Of a DNA stretch of 64,000 bases, positions 11,819-21,231 are shown in pieces. This DNA is from Escherichia coli (GTDB lineage: Bacteria > Pseudomonadota > Gammaproteobacteria > Enterobacterales > Enterobacteriaceae). The stretch lies in NCBI RefSeq assembly GCF_016026235.1, contig NZ_CP065613.1. One strand, given 5' to 3'. The notes below the pieces were generated by a model. That model was not told the DNA's origin. It made no database searches and saw nothing but the letters and a program-made list of their open reading frames with translations. How positions within the stretch are numbered: position 1 is the first letter of the stretch; every line of letters begins with the position of its first letter. The translations under genes and the position numbers were made by a program.

Positions 11819-11908
11819 GTCACTCACTCTTTTTTGAATATCCATCCCTGGGGGGCTTTTATCGTCTTTGCTTTACCGCCAGGGCGTCGGCCCCAAGTAT
11901 AAAGCAGA

Positions 11909-11944
11909 TAAAAACAAAAACACCATTGCGCAGGCAATGGTGTT
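11909..11944 (-). terminator. Rho-independent terminator downstream of sra
   Basis: On the minus strand: stem AACACCATTGC, loop CTGC, stem GCAATGGTGTT, followed by TTTGTTTTT. Confidence 0.55.
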
Positions 11945-11974
11945 TAATCGTCATTGAGGACTGATGGTTATGAA

Positions 11975-12112
11975 TTACTTTTCAGCGGGGCGTTTTCTGC
12001 CGGTTGGGTTATTTACTACGCTGGATTTGTCACCTTCGGTAACTATTTTGCGCTGGTTAGAAATTTTATGGTCCAGTCCAAGAATATGACGTGCCTGACG
12101 GTTCGATTTCAT
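11975..12112 (-). CDS. sra: Stationary-phase-induced ribosome-associated protein (45 aa)
   Basis: Minus-strand translation [45 protein letters not shown]. Absent from the ORF track because it is under 60 aa. Confidence 0.85.
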
Positions 12113-12213
12113 TTTAACTCCTCAATCCTGTAGCTAGTTTTAAGGACAACATCGCCGTAGCGAAGAAACACGTGCTAAACCCCTAAATTAGGTTGCCGAT
12201 CAAGCATAGCACC

Positions 12214-12429
12214 TTAAAGCGTAGGGTGCTGGCCACTGACCACATAATTGATCGTTTGCTGGTAGATATCACTGAGGATGTCGTTATCAGAAGCTTCCAC
12301 CCATTTGGTCAGCTCCATGAGAATGTCATCTTCAGTGACAACACCGTGCTGTGCCCGAAGGCCTTGCTCAATGGCATTAACCAGAGCGGGTTCTGCTGTT
12401 GAATTTTCTGCCTGATAATAAGTAAACAT
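12214..12429 (-). CDS. bdm: Biofilm-dependent modulation protein
   Basis: Start at MFTYYQAENSTAEPALVNAIEQG (71 aa) inside the listed 92-aa ORF. Confidence 0.8.
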   Translation of the reverse strand: MFTYYQAENSTAEPALVNAIEQGLRAQHGVVTEDDILMELTKWVEASDNDILSDIYQQTINYVVSGQHPTL

Positions 12430-12645
12430 AGTGATTCTCCGTGTCTGTGTATTTATGGTGTCTGCTACGGATCGCAGATTTATAAAGCACATTCAGCATG
12501 GCAAATATTTGCCGCTTCGTTGTTAAGATTAGTCCTAGTTGATGATTTTTATATTTTAACTCCATGATATTCATAGGGATTGTGATTGGTATGATCCGAT
12601 TAATATTGATACAATATCTTTTGGGTTATATATTCCCGGTAATCT

Positions 12646-12681
12646 ATTGTGGGAATTTAATTTATTGTGGGAATTTAATTT
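12646..12681. repeat. Perfect tandem duplication, 2 x 18 bp (ATTGTGGGAATTTAATTT)
   Basis: Units at 12646-12663 and 12664-12681 are identical; lies in the bdm-osmC intergenic region about 110 bp upstream of osmC. Confidence 0.9.
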
Positions 12682-12792
12682 AAGTACAGAAGTAATATTT
12701 CTGCCGGATTTTTATTCGGAATATCCTGCTTATCCTCGTGCTGTTTCTCACGTAGTCTATAATTTCCTTTTTAAGCCCACAGGAGAGCAACA

Positions 12793-13224
12793 ATGACAAT
12801 CCATAAGAAAGGTCAGGCACACTGGGAAGGCGATATCAAACGCGGGAAGGGAACAGTATCCACCGAGAGTGGCGTGCTGAACCAACAGCCGTATGGATTT
12901 AACACGCGTTTTGAAGGCGAAAAAGGAACTAACCCTGAAGAACTGATTGGCGCAGCGCATGCCGCATGTTTCTCAATGGCGCTTTCATTAATGCTGGGGG
13001 AAGCGGGATTTACGCCAACATCGATTGATACCACCGCCGATGTGTCGCTGGATAAAGTGGATGCCGGTTTTGCGATTACGAAAATCGCACTGAAGAGTGA
13101 AGTTGCGGTGCCGGGTATTGATGCCTCTACCTTTGACGGCATCATCCAGAAAGCAAAAGCAGGATGCCCGGTTTCTCAGGTACTGAAAGCGGAAATTACG
13201 CTTGATTACCAGTTGAAATCGTAA
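12793..13224 (+). CDS. osmC: Osmotically inducible peroxiredoxin OsmC
   Basis: 143-aa ORF with OsmC/Ohr fold sequence and conserved Cys pair. Confidence 0.92.
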   Translation: MTIHKKGQAHWEGDIKRGKGTVSTESGVLNQQPYGFNTRFEGEKGTNPEELIGAAHAACFSMALSLMLGEAGFTPTSIDTTADVSLDKVDAGFAITKIALKSEVAVPGIDASTFDGIIQKAKAGCPVSQVLKAEITLDYQLKS

Positions 13225-13279
13225 AGCATTGCCGGATGACGCGTCAGGCGCGTGAATGCCTGATGCGTTGTTAGCATCT

Positions 13280-14206
13280 CTACAGCGCCCGCCAGCACCG
13301 GAGCTCACGTCCGTCCTCCCTTATTGTTAATGATTGCCGGACTTCACATCCGTGGGTTGCCAGAGGGCAACGTTCGTAGAAAAAACAGCCTTGCGGCAAC
13401 GTGCGGTTTCCTGGCAGTTCCGTTTTACGTAATGCCCATTCTTCCTCCAGCGGTTTATCAATGGCGGGGAGGGAATCCAGCAATAATCGGGTGTATGGAT
13501 GTGCCGGAGCCGTTAGCACCTGTTGCGCGTCGCCCAGTTCTACAATCTGCCCGAGATACATCACCGCCACCCGATCGCTCATATGACGTATCACCGAGAC
13601 ATTGTGTGAAATCAGCACATAAGTCAGCCCGTGATTTTCCTGTAGCGTTACCAGTAAATTGAGGATCTGCGCCTGCACGGAGATATCCAGCGCCGAGGTT
13701 GGCTCATCAAGCACAATCACGTCAGGCTGCGAAGAGAGTGCTCTGGCAATGGCGATGCGTTGCCGCTGCCCGCCGGAGAACGCATGAGGCAGGCGGTCGA
13801 GATACTCCGGACGAATACCCACCTGCACAGCCAGCTCCTCTGCCAACGCTCACCGCTGTTGTTCACTACTACGCTTAGCTATCCAGAGCGGTTCTGTGAT
13901 GATGCGCCACACCGGTAAGCGCGGATTAAGCGAAGAGAGCGGGTCCTGAAACACCATCTGCATAATGCGTTGTGAGCCTGAACGGATGTACTGCCCGTGG
14001 CTCGGTTGCAGCATGCCCATTAAAAGCTGTGCGAGGGTGCTTTTGCCGCAGCCTGACTCGCCGACGATCCCTAAGGTTTCACCACGGCGGATCTGTAAAT
14101 CAATACCATTAATGGCATGAACATGTTCCGTAGTTTTACCAAGCCAGTTTTTACGGGCCGGGAAATTGATATGGACGTCGCGTAACGTTAATAACGTGTC
14201 AGACAC
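13280..14206 (-). pseudogene. ddpF: Dipeptide ABC transporter ATPase DdpF interrupted by an in-frame TGA (minus-strand codon 119, plus coordinates 13850-13852)
   Basis: The 118-aa ORF (13850-14206, Walker A GESGCGKST) and the 188-aa ORF (13280-13846, LSGGQ and Walker B) are in the same frame, reading ...[18 protein letters not shown].... Total 309 codons equals the 308-aa DdpF I recall plus stop. Confidence 0.7.
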
Positions 14207-15167
14207 TTATGACCTCCTGCTGCGGATACCAACAGGCGCAGCGCTGGTTGTTGTCACCACACGCTGTCAGCGCCGGGACGTTTTCACACTGTGCACCTGC
14301 CGCATAGCAACGATCGCGAAAAGCGCAGCCGTCAGGCAAATGGGTGAGGTTTGGTACCGTCCCTGGAATGGCGGGTAATGGCTGGCGTGGTACTCCATGT
14401 TCTGGTGCGCATTGCAGCAAACCAATGGTATACGGATGCCGGGGATGATGGATAACGTCTGCCGTCACGCCGCTTTCAATTACGCTTCCGGCATACATCA
14501 CGTAAACGCTATCGCACAGTTGCGACACCACGGCCATATCATGGCTGATGAACAGTACCGCAGTTCCACTGGCGCGGGCTTTATGTTTAAGCAAACGCAG
14601 TACCTGCAACTGTACCGTGACGTCCAGCGCCGTAGTCGGTTCGTCGGCAATAATCAATTGCGGCTCGCAGGAAAATGCCAGCGCAATCATAACCCGCTGG
14701 CGCATACCACCTGAAAGCTCAAACGGATAGCGCGACATAACTTCCACGGCATCCGGGATTTGCATCTCTTCCAGCAGGGCAATCGCTTTAGCTCTGGCTT
14801 CCCGACGACTTATTGGTTGATGATGGCGGATTACGTCCATCATCTGAAGACCTATTCGACGTGTCGGATTAAGAGCGGTCATCGGTTCCTGAAAGATCAT
14901 CGCCACTCGTGCGCCGCGCCACTGACGAAGCTGTTTTTCCCGAGCGTTAAGAACATCTTCTCCCAGCAGTGAAATCTGCCCCCGATGTACGCAATAACTG
15001 CCCGTCGGTAGCAGACGCATAATCAGCATTGCGGTGACTGATTTACCTGAGCCGGATTCTCCCACCAGACCGACAATTTCACTGCGGTTAATCTGCAAGG
15101 ACACATTGTTGAGCGCGTGAACATCACCGTTAAAACCGGGGAAACTCAAATGCAGCTGTTGAATGTT
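14199..15167 (-). CDS. ddpD: Dipeptide ABC transporter ATPase DdpD, 5'-truncated at a deletion junction (native start and RBS missing)
   Basis: ABC ATPase (GESGSGKS, LSGGMRQR). The frame upstream of ...NIQQLHLSFPGF is closed by TAA at 15171-15173 and abuts the dosC fragment. Confidence 0.7.
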   Translation of the reverse strand, partial: NIQQLHLSFPGFNGDVHALNNVSLQINRSEIVGLVGESGSGKSVTAMLIMRLLPTGSYCVHRGQISLLGEDVLNAREKQLRQWRGARVAMIFQEPMTALNPTRRIGLQMMDVIRHHQPISRREARAKAIALLEEMQIPDAVEVMSRYPFELSGGMRQRVMIALAFSCEPQLIIADEPTTALDVTVQLQVLRLLKHKARASGTAVLFISHDMAVVSQLCDSVYVMYAGSVIESGVTADVIHHPRHPYTIGLLQCAPEHGVPRQPLPAIPGTVPNLTHLPDGCAFRDRCYAAGAQCENVPALTACGDNNQRCACWYPQQEVISV

Positions 15168-15952
15168 CTGTTATTCAAATTCCTGGTGTTACGCATGGTT
15201 TGATTGAAAATACCGTCGAAATCCTGAATCAGACGAGAGATATGGCCCACTTCAGCAATGCCGCTGAAATAATGTCGACCTTTATGGTTAAACCACAGGC
15301 CAAAATCAGCCTGGCTTAAAGGCAAACTACTGCCTAAATCAGAATCCAGCAGGATTTTATAGATGATATCTATTTCCCATGAAAGTATTGAGGCTATTTG
15401 CCGTTCTTTTTCTTCTTCGGCGTTTTCCAGTAACGAGAAGATACGATAGTTTTCATCTTCTTTTGAGGCACTACTGTCACTAAAGGTAAACGCGCGGGTC
15501 ATCACTTCCATAGCGATATCAATACTGTTAATCGAGAAATGGTAGACCTGAAGTTTTTCTGCGGCAGAATAATCCGAAGAGAAGATTACCGGATAGAGGA
15601 TCTTTTTCAGCACCCGAAACCCCATCTCGACAATTTCTACCGGAATTCCTATGCGGGCATGCACTTCCGCGACGGTATGCTGGATTTGTATTAGCCTTTC
15701 GACATCGTCAACCTGGGCAGAAAGCACGTTAATAATCCAGCGTTCCATCGCACTCTTCAACTGCCGCTCAACTTGTTCATTACTCAAGAATTCTTCGGCA
15801 TGCGGGTCGATGCGGACAATTCGATAAAACTCAATACTCAGATAATGAGCATGCGCAACGGCAATTTCCGCGGCTTTAGCACGAATGGGCGGATCTGCCT
15901 GTTCGACAAGCCCGGTCCACTCATCTTTCATTCTTTTAAAATACATCTCCAT
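15146..15952 (-). pseudogene. dosC: Diguanylate cyclase DosC, 3'-truncated: globin sensor and middle domain only, GGDEF domain absent
   Basis: MEMYFKRMKDEWTGLVEQ... matches DosC through ...NTRNLNNR, then reads TFNSCI-stop (268 aa versus about 460 expected). Confidence 0.7.
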
Positions 15953-16328
15953 AATTCACACCCTTATAAGGCTGGGAAATCAGACGGAATCAAAATGAAA
16001 CGCAACGTGCGAGATCGACTAACTGCACCATATTCTCCTGAAATATGAAGATATACTGAAAAGAAATAAGCGACTTAGGACAGTTTCAATCTACGCTACT
16101 GTTCTTCAGAAGAGTATAGCCCATCGTAATTATTTTTCGGTGACTGCGAATATCGTATGGTTTTTCATATTCATACATTTTTATTAGGGGGATTATGGCT
16201 GTTTAACTAAGTGTCGTTAATTGCGTGGTTAATTTGACTTTAGTAAGCATGATTGCTGGTGGGATAGTTCAAGAGGGTAACAAGCCAGTGGGTAAAGCAC
16301 CGGCTTGTTACAAAGTAAGAATGGGAGT

Positions 16329-17648
16329 TTAACTGCCCCAACGACTTTGCAGATAGCTGACCGCTTGTTGAGTCTGCGGTTTATTCAGATAGTCCTCACG
16401 GAACAAGATGGTGCCGCTAATTTCTGGTACCGCATCGTTAAGATCGAGCTGCTTTTTCAGTTCCGGTACGCCGCCGTTAATCATCCAGTCTGGCTCTATC
16501 TTTGAAGGTTCACCCACTTTATAGAAGGCGATACCGATATACAGGCGGGTCCTGGTCGGTTTAACGACATCCGCCCACCATTTTGCCAACACGTCATAAC
16601 GCGCGGCACTCCGTGAGAACGGCCAGTAAATTTGGGGAGCAATGTAATCCAGCAATCCTTGTTCCACCCATCGACGGGTGTCAGCGTAGGATTCGTCATA
16701 GGCTGCCGCGCCTCGGGTATCGGAACCGAGCGGATCGTGTGATCGGTTACGCCACACGCCTGCCGGGCTAACACCAAATTCGACTCCCGGCTTAATGCTT
16801 TTAATGGTGTGCGATACCTTTGCAATTAACTGCTGAGTATTGTTGCGCCGCCAGTCTGCTTTTGACGCAAATGCGCCTCCGTATTTACGGTACGTTTCGT
16901 TATCATTTAGCCGTGAACCCGGTGACTCCGTATAGAAATAGTCGTCAAACTGCACGCCATCTACGGGATAGCGGGAAACCACTTCTGCGACTATTGATGT
17001 GATCCAGTCCTGAACCTCAGGGATGCCCGGGTCGAGGACAAAGCGATCGCCAGACGTTCTGATCCAGTCGCGGTGTTGCACATAGACGCTCGCCGGTTGT
17101 TGAGGCAGAGTGCTATTCAGTTCCCTGATAGTACCGGGCTTCGTATTAACCGATACGCGATAGGGGTTAAACCAGGCGTGTACTTTCATCCCACGCTTGT
17201 GGGCTTCGTCGAGCATAAATTGCAGCGGATCGTAACCCGGATTTTCACCAATCTTACCGGTCATAAGATCGGACCACGGCAAAATTTTCGATGGCCACAG
17301 GGCGGTACCGTCCGGCTTGACCTGGAAAAAGACCGTGTTTATGCCGAGACGTTGCAGATGATCCAGTTTGTCGATCATCGCCTGTTGTTGTACACGGGCC
17401 CGGCTGGTGGGGTTACTAATGTTAACCGAGGAAACCGGTGGCCAGTCGAGCCGAGAAACCGTGGCCAGCCAGATGCCACGCATCGGTTGTGACGATTGTT
17501 GCGTCGTGGCTGGTGGCTTTGAACCTGCTGGTGGTGTCACCATGGACTCTGGAGGCGTGCTTTTACAACTACACAGTAAAAGTGCCAGTGCAACTAGTAT
17601 CGCTGGTCTTCTAATCGTTAATTTCTTGTTTCGGGAGCAGATATCCAT
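16329..17648 (-). CDS. yddW: Lipoprotein YddW (glycoside-hydrolase-like)
   Basis: 439-aa ORF with lipoprotein signal (LALLLCSC) followed by a TIM-barrel-like domain. Confidence 0.85.
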   Translation of the reverse strand: MDICSRNKKLTIRRPAILVALALLLCSCKSTPPESMVTPPAGSKPPATTQQSSQPMRGIWLATVSRLDWPPVSSVNISNPTSRARVQQQAMIDKLDHLQRLGINTVFFQVKPDGTALWPSKILPWSDLMTGKIGENPGYDPLQFMLDEAHKRGMKVHAWFNPYRVSVNTKPGTIRELNSTLPQQPASVYVQHRDWIRTSGDRFVLDPGIPEVQDWITSIVAEVVSRYPVDGVQFDDYFYTESPGSRLNDNETYRKYGGAFASKADWRRNNTQQLIAKVSHTIKSIKPGVEFGVSPAGVWRNRSHDPLGSDTRGAAAYDESYADTRRWVEQGLLDYIAPQIYWPFSRSAARYDVLAKWWADVVKPTRTRLYIGIAFYKVGEPSKIEPDWMINGGVPELKKQLDLNDAVPEISGTILFREDYLNKPQTQQAVSYLQSRWGS

Positions 17649-17723
17649 ATGTGCTGGTTTCCGGTAAACAGATGTGCGCTCATTCTCGTACTTATCCCGG
17701 TTAAGTCAATACGACAGCAAGCA

Positions 17724-17753
17724 CGAAAAAGGGAGCGATGACTTATCGCTCCC
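17724..17753 (-). terminator. Rho-independent terminator downstream of gadC
   Basis: On the minus strand: stem GGGAGCGAT / ATCGCTCCC with a 5-nt loop, followed by TTTTTCG. Confidence 0.5.
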
Positions 17754-17778
17754 TTGTCTTATAACCATTCAGACATGG

Positions 17779-19314
17779 TTAGTGTTTCTTGTCATTCATC
17801 ACAATATAGTGTGGTGAACGTGCACGCGGGTGCAGGAAGAAGTGACCTTTTGGTGCGTTCTGACTGTTGATTGGCTCCAGAGTGACGCCGGTATTCGCTT
17901 TGCCTTTACGATCATGAACAGCATAGAGAATAAAGGGCAGGGCAAGTACCACCAGGAAACTAACAACCAGTAATTCAACATACATATCGGTAGAATCACC
18001 CTGGATGTTATCCGGCGGCAGGAAGGAAACAATAAACGCCATAATTGAAGTCAGCAGACCGACAATTGCCACGACCAGTTTCACCCCTTTACCACCAGGG
18101 ATATTAAATGTGCGTTTTAAGTCAGGATGTTTAAGAACCAACACAATGTAGCCAATAAACAGCATGAAATAAGCACACAGATAAATCACCACCGTCAGCG
18201 CCAGAGCGATCAGGAAGGACATGTTGTTACCGCCACCGGTATTGGTGAGGATGATCAACGCGATAGAAGTAATCACCAGCTGCGAAATGACCAGCGTTAC
18301 CGGTACGCCATTTTTGTTCATTTTAGCGAATGCCGCTGGCAGCAGGTTTTTCTGCGCTGTGACATACATCCCGCGAGAAGGACCAACAATCCAGGAGGCG
18401 ATTTCCGCCAGAACACCCAGCAACAGCAGTGCGGAGATCACGCGAACCGTCCACTCAATTTCCGGTGCCACATGGGACATCAGAACGGTAAAGGTTTGCA
18501 TTACCCCTGCGGAGAGGTTGATTTCATTACCCGGAATGACCATCGCAATAGACAAACCACCAACAGAGCTTAAGCAGATTGCCGCCACCATCAGCAGTAA
18601 CATAGCCAGTGGATAGTCGCGCCCTGGGTTACTCATTTCATTGACGTGGGTTGCGGAAGCTTCTACGCCCATATAACTCAAAATGAAGGCAACAAATACA
18701 ACCAGGGTGCCCACTTTAGAGAAGTCAGGGAAGAAGGTCTTCGAATCCATTTCGATAGCAACGGGGGCACCGGAGTGCAGATAAATAGCCGCTAATGCGA
18801 TCAAAATAAATGCAGGTAACAGGATACCGGCGAAGAAGCCAACTTTAGCAATTCGCGCCGTGTATTTCGTGCCACCAAACTGCGTTAATGCCAGCGCCCA
18901 AAGAATGATGAGTGCTGCAATAGTTTTGGTAATGGGGTCTTCATTCAGCGCTGGCCATTTCAGGATGTAGGAGAGTGCCCCTAACACGAAATAGAGCATC
19001 GGAATAAAACCAATGGCGATTTGCAGATAGCCAAATGAGATCGCTGCAAATCCCCATCTCGGCCCCAGAGTATTTGATACCCAGGCGAAGACACCACCTT
19101 CTTCCCAGCCGTCGACGGTGGCCATTTCCGCAGCACAAAGTCCCACGGGAATAAACCATAAAATCCCGCCTAATAGCAGGAAGAAGACTAATGAAAAGCC
19201 CGATGTTGCGAAGGTAGGGTATTCATAAACAGCCATTACCATCGATGCCGTTATGGCAAAGAATCCGAGTAATGTGAGCTGCTTAGCTTTACCTGTCTGT
19301 ACTGATGTAGCCAT
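17779..19314 (-). CDS. gadC: Glutamate:GABA antiporter
   Basis: 511-aa APC-family transporter immediately downstream of gadB. Confidence 0.92.
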   Translation of the reverse strand: MATSVQTGKAKQLTLLGFFAITASMVMAVYEYPTFATSGFSLVFFLLLGGILWFIPVGLCAAEMATVDGWEEGGVFAWVSNTLGPRWGFAAISFGYLQIAIGFIPMLYFVLGALSYILKWPALNEDPITKTIAALIILWALALTQFGGTKYTARIAKVGFFAGILLPAFILIALAAIYLHSGAPVAIEMDSKTFFPDFSKVGTLVVFVAFILSYMGVEASATHVNEMSNPGRDYPLAMLLLMVAAICLSSVGGLSIAMVIPGNEINLSAGVMQTFTVLMSHVAPEIEWTVRVISALLLLGVLAEIASWIVGPSRGMYVTAQKNLLPAAFAKMNKNGVPVTLVISQLVITSIALIILTNTGGGNNMSFLIALALTVVIYLCAYFMLFIGYIVLVLKHPDLKRTFNIPGGKGVKLVVAIVGLLTSIMAFIVSFLPPDNIQGDSTDMYVELLVVSFLVVLALPFILYAVHDRKGKANTGVTLEPINSQNAPKGHFFLHPRARSPHYIVMNDKKH

Positions 19315-19469
19315 ATTATCCCCCTAAAACGGTATTCCTGTCGGAACCGCACCTGTTTTGTTCTGAAGCGTATTCAGAACAATATTTTCCGTTGCTGATG
19401 CCAGTGAACAGACTTTGGAAATTGTCCCGAAACGGGTTCGTTTCGGGACACCGTTACCGTTAAACGTTA

Positions 19470-20870
19470 TCAGGTATGTTTAAAGCTGTTCTGCTGGGCA
19501 ATACCCTGCAGTTTCGGGTGATCGCTGAGATATTTCAGGGAGGCTTTGTAGTCTTCCAGCAACAGTTCAGCAAAGTCCATTTCGAAGCCGCGACGACACA
19601 TAATGCGCATCACCACGATGTCGGTGGCTTCACCGCCGAGAGTGAAGGCCGGAACCTGCCAGCCGCGCAGACGCAGACGTTCAGAGAGGTCGTACAGGGT
19701 GTATCCCGGATCTTCACCATCTTTCAGTTTGAAGCAAACCGCCGGGATGCCTTCGTCCGGGCGACCCGTACAGATGAACTCATACGGCCCCAGTTTGGCG
19801 ATTTCATCCGCCAGATAAGCGGCAACCTGGTAAGAGGCGTTCTGTACTTTGGTGTAGCCTTCACGACCGAGGCGCAGGAATTCATAGTACTGTGCAATTA
19901 CCTGACCCGCCGGGCGGGAGAAGTTGATGGCGAAAGTACCAATTTGACCACCCAGGTAGTCAACGTTGAACACCAGTTCCTGCGGCAGCGCTTCTTCGTC
20001 ACGCCAGATAACCCAGCCGCAGCCCAGCGGAGCCAGACCGAATTTATGGCCTGAAGCACTGATCGATTTCACACGCGGCAGGCGGAAGTCCCAGACGATA
20101 TCCGGGGCGACGAACGGTGCCAGAAAGCCACCGCTGGCGGCGTCGATGTGCATGTCGATGTCGATACCGGTGTCGGCCTGGAATTTATCCAGCGCATCGT
20201 GCAGCGGTTGCGGGAACTCATAGTTACCGGTGTAGGTCACGCCGAAAGTCGGCACCACGCCGATGGTATTTTCGTCGCAGGCTTCAATCATGCGTTTCGG
20301 ATCCATAAACAACTGACCGGGGCGCATAGGGATCTCACGCAGCTCCACATCCCAGTAGCGGGCGAATTTATGCCAGCAGATTTGCACCGGACCGCACACC
20401 AGGTTTGGTTTATCCGTTGGTTTGCCTGCAGCTTCCATACGCTTGCGCCAACGCCATTTCATCGCCATCCCGCCGAGCATACAGGCCTCGGAAGAACCAA
20501 TGGTGTTGGTGCCAACGGCCTGACCATTTTTCGGCGCAGGCGCATGCCACAGATCGGCAACCATATTTACGCAACGCAGGTCGATGGCTGCGGATTGCGG
20601 ATATTCTTCTTTGTCGATCCAGTTTTTGTTAATGGATAAATCCATCAACTTGTGGACGTTTTCGTCGTCCCAGGTCTGGCAGAAAGTGGCCAGGTTCTGA
20701 CGAGCGTTGCCATCAAGATATAATTCATCATTGATAATCTGAAATGCGACATCGTCGCGCATTTCGTGCAGCGGAAAACGTTTTGATTCTGCGATAGTGG
20801 AAATAGACTTCGCACCAAAACGTGAATCGAGTAGTTCCGACCTTAAATCCGTTACTTGCTTCTTATCCAT
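19470..20870 (-). CDS. gadB: Glutamate decarboxylase beta
   Basis: Start at [19 protein letters not shown] (466 aa); PLP-lysine motif SGHKFG. Confidence 0.92.
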   Translation of the reverse strand: MDKKQVTDLRSELLDSRFGAKSISTIAESKRFPLHEMRDDVAFQIINDELYLDGNARQNLATFCQTWDDENVHKLMDLSINKNWIDKEEYPQSAAIDLRCVNMVADLWHAPAPKNGQAVGTNTIGSSEACMLGGMAMKWRWRKRMEAAGKPTDKPNLVCGPVQICWHKFARYWDVELREIPMRPGQLFMDPKRMIEACDENTIGVVPTFGVTYTGNYEFPQPLHDALDKFQADTGIDIDMHIDAASGGFLAPFVAPDIVWDFRLPRVKSISASGHKFGLAPLGCGWVIWRDEEALPQELVFNVDYLGGQIGTFAINFSRPAGQVIAQYYEFLRLGREGYTKVQNASYQVAAYLADEIAKLGPYEFICTGRPDEGIPAVCFKLKDGEDPGYTLYDLSERLRLRGWQVPAFTLGGEATDIVVMRIMCRRGFEMDFAELLLEDYKASLKYLSDHPKLQGIAQQNSFKHT

Positions 20871-20949
20871 TTTAAACTCCTTAAAATGATTGGATCGCAT
20901 TAAAAAAGTAGGATTTATCGATAAAGTAAGCAAGTGCAAAGGACTCTGG

Positions 20950-20969
20950 TTTAAATAACAAAATCCTAA
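20950..20969 (-). promoter_or_regulatory. GAD box (GadE binding site) upstream of gadBC
   Basis: Minus-strand sequence TTAGGATTTTGTTATTTAAA, exact match to the 20-bp gad box as I recall it, about 80 bp upstream of the gadB start. Confidence 0.5.
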
Positions 20970-21231
20970 TGTTATTTATCGTGAGATATTATTGGAATAA
21001 TATTTTTTCATTAAAAAACAATACAATAGAGAATTCTTGGGTGGTGAAAAGGTGTTTTATGTTGTTATTTTTATGCGCTTTCTGTGCCTCCTGAATTATC
21101 ACGTAAAAATCAGACCTTAAAATATCACTATTAGTACTTTGTTATTATTTTGAACGAATTTATAAAATTATTACATAAAAATGGCGAATATTGCTAAAAT
21201 TCCCGCCAACGATGTGTTGACGGGGCTGTTA

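Noticed and set aside
12646-12681. Possible CRISPR or minisatellite
   Set aside because: Two abutting 18-bp copies only; simple tandem duplication.
13280-14206. Selenocysteine recoding at the ddpF TGA
   Set aside because: No hairpin immediately 3' of the TGA and ABC ATPases are not selenoproteins; treated as nonsense mutation or sequencing error.
16277-16318. Perfect 10-bp inverted repeat (GTAACAAGCC / GGCTTGTTAC) downstream of yddW, considered as a terminator
   Set aside because: No U-tract on either strand after the stem and a 15-nt loop; may be a protein-binding palindrome but not callable as a terminator.
19476-20639. Plus-strand ORFs of 163-192 aa overlapping gadB
   Set aside because: Antisense to gadB; no support.
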